A stretch of 64,000 bases of DNA from Bugula neritina. Its lineage: Eukaryota; Animalia; Bryozoa. The translations under genes and the position numbers were made by a program. The notes under the pieces were generated by a model. That model had not been told where the DNA came from and did not search any database. It was given only the letters and a program-made list of their open reading frames with translations. Where the stretch lies: contig OZ037769.1 in the NCBI GenBank assembly GCA_964035545.1, positions 3,577,929 through 3,641,928 of the forward strand. Reading direction: 5' to 3'. This document shows positions 53,274 through 64,000 of the stretch, one piece after another. How positions within the stretch are numbered: the first letter of the stretch is position 1; every line of letters starts with the position of its first letter.

Positions 53274-55530
53274 ATGTCTGAAAAGAATCAGTACAACACT
53301 GACCTTCCCCCTTCTTATGAGGTCAGTTCTGGATTCTCCCAGAATGCTTATGCCACACCAGGCTCTGTACAAGCTGGTTATGCCCCGCCAGGCTCTGTAC
53401 AGGCTGGTTATGCTTCAGTTGGATATTCCTCCGCCTCTGGTCATGTGACTACTCCGCCCACTTCATTTCCGGCATGTTCTCCGCGGGTAGGGATGACTCA
53501 TCAGCCAGGAGGGCCCTTGCCAGAGGTGAGCTAATATATGATATACATTGCATGCTGATGTTGATAAGGAAACAGCTGCCGTATAGGGATTAAAGCTTTA
53601 GCTTAGCGAACATGAAGTCATGGGTTTGATCCCCAGTAAAGGCCATTGGTGATTTTATAAGAGCATTCAGTTATAATTGCTCTTGTGTCACATATGAATG
53701 AGTCCTTAGCTTGCTATAAAAATAACCTTTTTCATCAAGGGTTCTTCACGGGATAGTGATGGTAAACTCATGAGAGTTTTTAATATCTTGACCTTGACCG
53801 GCGAGACTCATTTCGTATTACAGAAAACATGCAAATAAAGCAATGGGTATTAAACATTGTTTATTTTTTGGGGTTTTTATTTTGTAAAAATAATACTTTA
53901 AGATACAGTCTTCTGCAAAACTCAGCATTTTTTATTGATTTCAGAATAAGTACCATAGTACTTATTCTAAAATCAATAAAAAATGCATGCAGTCTTGAAA
54001 AACATATTACATCAGTTTATTATTGTAAATATGGAAAATCTAAAGCTATATACAATAAGATACCTCTAAAATTACATTTGATATAATAGTTATATAGTAT
54101 GGTAGGAGGCTACAAAGCCACTGAAACAGAGTTGGTGATATGACATATAAACATGGAATGAAAATTATTGATTACAAGTAATAAAACTCTCGATATGGAT
54201 ATAATTTTACAAAGAATATATGTTTGTAAAATATTTATATTGTATAAGTATACAAATTTTAGTATAAATCCGTTTAATGAAAACAATTGCTAAAGGTAAT
54301 TATAGAAAATAGACTGCAGTTGGCCGTGACTTTGATAATCAATAAAATGCTAGCAGTTAACTATAGCAGTTTACTACAACACATGCTAAAGGAATACAGG
54401 TTTGGGCTATGTAAACAGTTGAAGCAGATAAAACTAAGCCAGTGTTTGCACTCTGGTTGAAATGAATAATAGGCACTGCTAAATTATTCATCAAAATAAT
54501 TATTATGCTGTTGACATATAAAACGCTCAATACATTATGAACACTCTTTATTGAAAACTAAAAAAATTTTTCTTTTTCTATTTTAAGGCATATCAGAAAA
54601 TGGCCCAGTGCTGGTTTATTACTGCCATTGTTACCTGCGTATTCTTCTTTCCTCTTGGGATTCCAGCAGCAATATTTTGCCACAAAGCAAAGAAAGCAGC
54701 GGAAAGAGGAGACAACTTTGAATATCTCAAGTACCTAAAGATTGGTAGAGGTCTGGCAGGAGCTGGTATTGGTTTATCCATAGCTGTTATAATAAACTTA
54801 TCAGTTCAAGTGAGTGTCAATAATAGCTTTAATATGAGTGTATGTTTATTAAATGGCTGAAGCTATCTCTCTCTATCACTATATTATATGTAACTCTCTA
54901 TGTACAAACACAAACACGCACACACACGTATATATGAATTTTTTAACATGTAGCTTCCACTTAGACTTGGCGGTTGAGAAAAAGCCATTAAAGCTCCTGA
55001 TGGGTTGGATGAATACTATGCACCTGCAACTGAAACAAAATGGAACAGTGAGTGTTTATACTGACATTATAGAGATACAATCTTTATTGGTCAATCTCTT
55101 CATCCAGCTATATTATATCTTGTTTAACCAGTCAGCAAATCGTCAGATTGGCTTATTATTAATGGCATGACAGTGTGCTTATCAAGAATGTCACGATTCT
55201 GTGATGTCATAGCATAATGTGTGTCACTACCAGTTGCATGGCTGAGAAAGTGTGCCTAAAGCTTCTGCAAGAGTACCAAATTTAAGCAAATGTGTAAAAT
55301 AGGTCTCAGGTGATGTGATAATGAGTCAGAAGGTGTCCATGTTTTACCTATATACTTCACAGAATATTTCTTGAAGAACTGTATTAGAAATTGCTTTATG
55401 TTGCTTTGTAGATATGAAAACTTATGTTGGCTGTTTTTACAACTCTCCAAAGCTGTTTAGCAAGTCCCCAGTAACCTTAGTAGAATAATCTGTATATACT
55501 CGTTTCTATCAAATTGTTTTTTTAAATTAT
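53274..55530 (+). pseudogene. Gene D: recent duplicate of E with intact PPxY and CD225 exons, premature stops and deleted WSC exons (165 aa if translated)
   Basis: Exons 53274-53525 and 54588-54809 are open. Exon 54954-55047 has TGA at 54975-54977 where E has CGA. The exon starting at 55412 has TAA where E has TCA, plus a 2-nt insertion, and then joins 3' flank sequence homologous to ~45960 onward. Confidence 0.8.
53568..53780 (+). mobile_element. tRNA-derived SINE copy in a gene D intron
   Basis: Family match; same position as the copy in gene E and absent from gene C. Confidence 0.75.
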
Positions 55531-57136
55531 AGAGGTTTTGTGCCAGTTTAAATGTCAAAGCTACTTTAAAATCTATTTATATAACGTTTTAATTTAATAT
55601 ATTTTTCTACATCAAATGTTTGTTTACTTTAAAATAGTAAAATATACAATAACAGTTAGCAAAGTCAGTTTGCTTTATCTTTATAAACATAATTGTGCTG
55701 CAGCGCATTATAAACAAAAACAAAGTTAGCTTTTCTAGCAAATCTAACATATTAAAAGAACTTTATGATTGAGTATTTGCTATGAATTAGCTATGTTCCA
55801 AACAGAATACTGGTTTTACTTGTATATAATATAATTCTTTCTCATTAAAGCATTTGCTGTGATAGCAATCCTCACATGCGGCACCTTCATTTTTTACCTC
55901 TCAATTAATACTTTACTCTGCAATTGAAAACTCTACTGCTTTAGAAGCTTTGAAATTCTGCAGTAGGCAATGTTTTAAAATAATATACTGTGCCATTAAA
56001 CTTAAATAATGTATTTTGTATATTCATAATAGTATTTCTTTAACATAATAATGATAATAAATTTGATAGTGCCAACACATGCATATAATTATAAATCTTT
56101 TGTTTGCAAAACAAAAAAAATTAAAAAATCTATTTGCAGCAAAAAAATCAAAATCAGCTTTGATCTCCACAATTTAAAAATATTCAGTATTTCAAAATAA
56201 TGCTTTAAAATATTATTGTATACAAAAATAATATTTCTCAAACCTGTTAAATGCTAATTTTCAGAATCCTTTCCCCATTATTAGTAAATTCACCAAAGTG
56301 AACAAAGTACAGAAGCAATAGAGATTTTTGTAAAATTAAACAAGGGTTGAGAGATTTTGCACCTGAAGCAAATTATAGTCGGTGTAATAACAGAGAAGTT
56401 CTTAATTATTACATAACATCAGCAAAAAATCTGAGAAGTAATTGATGAATCACCACAAAATTGTTTAAAGTGTATGCAAGCCTGTGTTAGAGAAATGTAT
56501 ATATAAACTTAGTTAATTAAGTGCAGCTTTTCTTATAACATCTATATATTGCTATTATAATGATCAGCATGCGTGCTTATATACCTATTTTTTAAGCTGT
56601 GAGTAATTTATTCTGACTAAATTTAAGCAAGTATGAAATAATTTATAGAAATGCATTAAAATATTTTTATTTTTGCTAAATATATTTTGGTTTATGTAAT
56701 ATTTTCAATACCAAGTGCAGATAAAATAGGTATTATACATTGCTAGATATCTTTTATTGAGAATATGAGTGCCGTATTATTGCTAACCATGTATTAAAAG
56801 TTCTTAAATCATTATCAAATTGTGAAAATTCTTGACTTTCTGAGCATACAGCCAAGTCTAACAAATTATTTAGAGCTGCTAAAAGCTACCCTTCAATTAT
56901 CAAAATAGTTCATACTGCTCTTGCTGCCAGCTGCATGCAGTCTTTGTATAGAAATAGTAAGTGTTTTAGAAATTTACTCACCATTTTTAAAAAAGCACAT
57001 GATAGAATAAAAACATCAATATAAAATACTCATTGGATGTTAAATTATATACTTTATAACTATAACGTTCATTTTAAATCCGGCGTCTTGCTATACTCAA
57101 ATAAGTTTTAGTTGGAATTCACACTGCAGTTATATA

Positions 57137-58889
57137 CAGGGATGTAGTGGTAAAAATATTCATGGCCATACTCTCAGGCCAGGGGGCCGCCCAGGCCCCC
57201 GGCGGGGTCCGGGGCAGCGCCCCGGCCGCCGAAGCCCTTCTGATGTAAATTTATGCAATTCAAAGCCATTGTGAATTATAATTCTTCTGAAAAAAATCTG
57301 TGTTGAAATGTGCACCTTGCTATTATTTTCATGCCATACCAGCTACACGACGTCTGTGCATTGCTGCAAACTATATAAATATTCAGTATTGTGCCATACC
57401 TGTTGACTGTAATTTTAAATGTAGTCTTACTCAACTGACACTAAGTCCAACCTGTACAGAAATATTGCTGAAGATCTCAAAAAAATGGGAGGATAGAGGC
57501 AGGTAACAAGTGCTCTCCAAATGCAACCTGATTACTTCAAATATTTAATACACTGACGTGGACAGAAAAAGAATTATTTATCAGAACAGAGGAAGATTGC
57601 AAATCAGAAAAAGCAATTTGAATTGATATCTCATTGGCAAGCAGAAATTGGTAGAAAACCTATTTGGAGTTTATTAGAGCACTAGTCTAATCCATAGGGA
57701 GATACCACCACACCTCCTTGCACACAATAAAACACACCAAAGAAGAGTATGTTAACTTGGTTTTAAAGTAAAACCCCTGAGCTTCCACTAGACACATCAA
57801 AGAAATATACCCCAAAAGAACAAATTTGTCAGGTTTAATATGTGTTAGCCTAGATTCTAGAAGATGATTAAATGTAAAGCCAGACGTTAGTACAACCAGA
57901 CATAAAAGGTTACTTATGGCGGTATACAGTTTGCAAAAAAAATCATTAACATGAACATGCAATAACGCTGCTAGGTTTTTGACCAAAATGTGGATATAGT
58001 ACCTGTAGACCTCAGTGATAAATTTTCATTAACCTCTCCTACACACCTGGTACTGTTTCCTGAAGACATTTTGATTTTATTTCTGGATTTCATGTTGGTT
58101 TTTTTCCAAATTTCATTGCTTATTGACAAAATGCAAGTCCACACAAGATAGCTAAGGGCAACTTTCTAGCTGTCACTGCCTTGCTGAGGCCACATTAATT
58201 ATTAGTATATTATAAGAATTCAATCCCGCAAAATAAAATCATATACTTAATTGTGCTAGAAAGCCTAGAATTAAAATTTTAGATCTTCCTCAGAGCACCT
58301 GCATTTTCGAGTTTTCAATTTTTTTATTGCAAAGTTGTAGACAAAAATCTACTCATTTTTAGCCAATTTTACTTGAGAAGTTTATTTTTCAATCCCTGCC
58401 AAATATCTCAGCAGGAAAGCATGGTATTCCAATAAAACCAACACTGTCGGAAACCTGAGAAATTTATGCATAGCATGTATTTTTATCTTTTCAATAGCCT
58501 TCATAGATTTTCTACAAATTAGTGATTTATACACTGAAAATGAAAATTTTTTCCTTAGTAATCACCAATGCACAGCACTTCGCGCTTCAATGAACATGGA
58601 GAGATGAGAAGATGGAATGTTGATAGCTGCATATTATTCATAGTGTAATCTCAAGCTAAACAATCACAAGTAGGCAACACGCATGCCACCCACATAGCAT
58701 TAACATAACAAGAACCTAAACTAGATTGTGAGCGAAATTTATGATAATATTCTCAGTGAGGATGCCCTAACTATCCTGTGCACTAATCATCTTTCAAAAA
58801 TATGCCCATACGGGCGTATGGCCAAGAACAGCCTATTTTCTTCTAGGCCATACGGCGTATGGGACCGTATGGGTACCACTACATCCCTG
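57137..58889. mobile_element. Second copy of the non-autonomous hAT element, inverted relative to 47119-48887
   Basis: Same TIRs, a different perfect 8-bp TSD gttatata (57129-57136, 58890-58897), and internal sequence matching the reverse complement of the first copy. Confidence 0.9.
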
Positions 58890-59572
58890 GTTATATAACT
58901 TAAGGAAACTTACTTTTTGTTTCAGTCAGAACATTAGTGGGTTAATAATATTTCAAACTATAACGAAATACATTATAATTACAGTCTGTCTCAAAAACTA
59001 AAACTGTAATAATGTAATCATAAGAAATAGAAACCAAAACAAGATATGCCAACAGAATAATATTGTTCCAAAGAATAATGAGGCAAAGCATGCTACTCTG
59101 TAATAATAATCTGCTTTGAATTTATGATTGGATATTATATAATCAATTTTGGAAAAAGTATAATGACTATTGCAACAAGTATAGATTAGATATATGGAAA
59201 ACAACAACAGTTATATTGACACGTTTATTATACTCAGCCGCACTGAATACATTCAGCTACATGTGACTGCAAGTGATTAGAATATCTATGAAATCATATC
59301 GTAATTTTAATACAGATATTCTATTGATTTTTAACTCTTGTGTAAATAGAGATGATTCAGTGTTAACTGATTAAAATATCTTTAATATAAGATATGCAGA
59401 CATATGTATGTATAATGTCCTATGTGGTATAAGCTATAATTATATAGGTAGGCCTATATATTATGTCTAATTGGTATAAAGCTATAAGCTATGTCTATGT
59501 GTGTGTATGTCTATGGTATGCAGAGAGTAAGATAACTCCTGAATCACAGATAAGATAAATATATTATAGTTG

Positions 59573-59665
59573 TTGACATTGTGGCATAATCACGTGATCA
59601 GCTCTCTATATTGCACTGATGCAGTTAGCTATAGTTATTAGGTCGGTGATTCCTCAACAGTGTGG
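59573..59665 (+). promoter_or_regulatory. Putative promoter and non-coding first exon of gene E, with E-box tcacgtga
   Basis: tcacgtga at 59590-59597, donor tgg|gtaagt at 59665, conserved with the C and D blocks. Confidence 0.55.
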
Positions 59666-60143
59666 GTAAGTAATGCAATTTCACATAAAATAGTTATAAC
59701 AGGCTATATAATATTTATGTTATATAATAGAGTGACAAATATCACTGATAAACATGACACAAAAATAATGTTGTTAAAATCACTTTTTTTACAATAATTA
59801 TAGTTATAGTTTCTAGTAACTAGAATACATAGATTCATACTATTAAAATGTTTAAATAGAGTACATCATTTTCAAATGTGAATTTACATGTTCTTCAGGT
59901 AGTTGCAGCAATCCTTTCTTTCTACCACTAATTTTACACAGAAATATCAATCCTTAGACACTATAATGCATAATAACTCGATGTAGGTGCTAATGTTTTG
60001 TTACACTTTTAAAGTTATAAGTTAAGTTACATCTGCATGCAAATGTAAGTTGTACTAATATATCTATACAGTTTTATGTTCAGCATATAAACTGTGTTGA
60101 AGAATTACAAACAGCTGCAGCTCCTTATCAATGTTTTCCAGCA

Positions 60144-63599
<3,456 letters not shown>

Positions 63600-64000
63600 G
63601 TCAGGCAAAGAACTATGCTATTTATATAAATGTCACCCAAAAGCACGTTATATCTTATTATGATGTTTTTTTTATTTTCAGTAAAATATTACAAACCTAC
63701 AAACACAACTGCTATATTTTTAAATGTTTTTTACATGAATTTTAATAGTTGAAAATTTTCACACCAAAACACTCAATACTACTGACTCTAGATGATGAAT
63801 TCATTAGTTTGAAGTCATAAATTTTGCGCAGAAAATAAAATAACTGACTAGTTTTGCATATATAATCTTTGCAGGTGTGCTAGCTATAACTTTCTTTGCT
63901 TTAATAAGCTTTTTCCTCTACCTAAAAAGTTTTACGTTGAACATTTTTACAGAACAAAAATAACATAATTACTGTGCAGTGATTACGTGCAATGTCTGCA

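Noticed and set aside
54975-54977. TGA in gene D as selenocysteine or readthrough
   Set aside because: The paralogue has CGA (a CpG transition), and further stops and a frameshift follow.

Overview
AT-rich, intron-rich eukaryotic DNA; the gene content suggests an invertebrate animal (inference). From left to right: (1) the last exon of a C2-domain gene; (2) a ~13 kb block (about 1.6-15.3 kb) with five intact copies and one internally deleted copy of a small 3-exon gene that has a TATA box and AATAAA but no long ORF shared by all copies, arranged as three head-to-head pairs with a near-invariant ~160 bp promoter/exon-1 block; (3) three housekeeping genes rebuilt exon by exon: a Myb/SANT TTF1/DMTF1-like gene, LSM3 and MMAB; (4) a >36 kb tandem array of five paralogues (A-E) that join a PPxY/YxxP-rich N-terminus and a CD225 (IFITM/dispanin) membrane domain to C-terminal WSC domains. 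A has 4 WSC domains and an intact 530 aa frame, B has 2 with a 1-nt frame problem, C and D have lost their WSC part, and E is intact up to the window edge. Non-autonomous hAT and PIF/Harbinger-type elements, a tRNA-derived SINE family and microsatellites are interspersed. The two strongest candidates for an undescribed system are the CD225-WSC receptor-like array and the palindromic multi-copy spliced ncRNA/micro-ORF cluster. All gene models were derived by eye from splice signals and phase matching; family names come from motif recognition, not from database searches.
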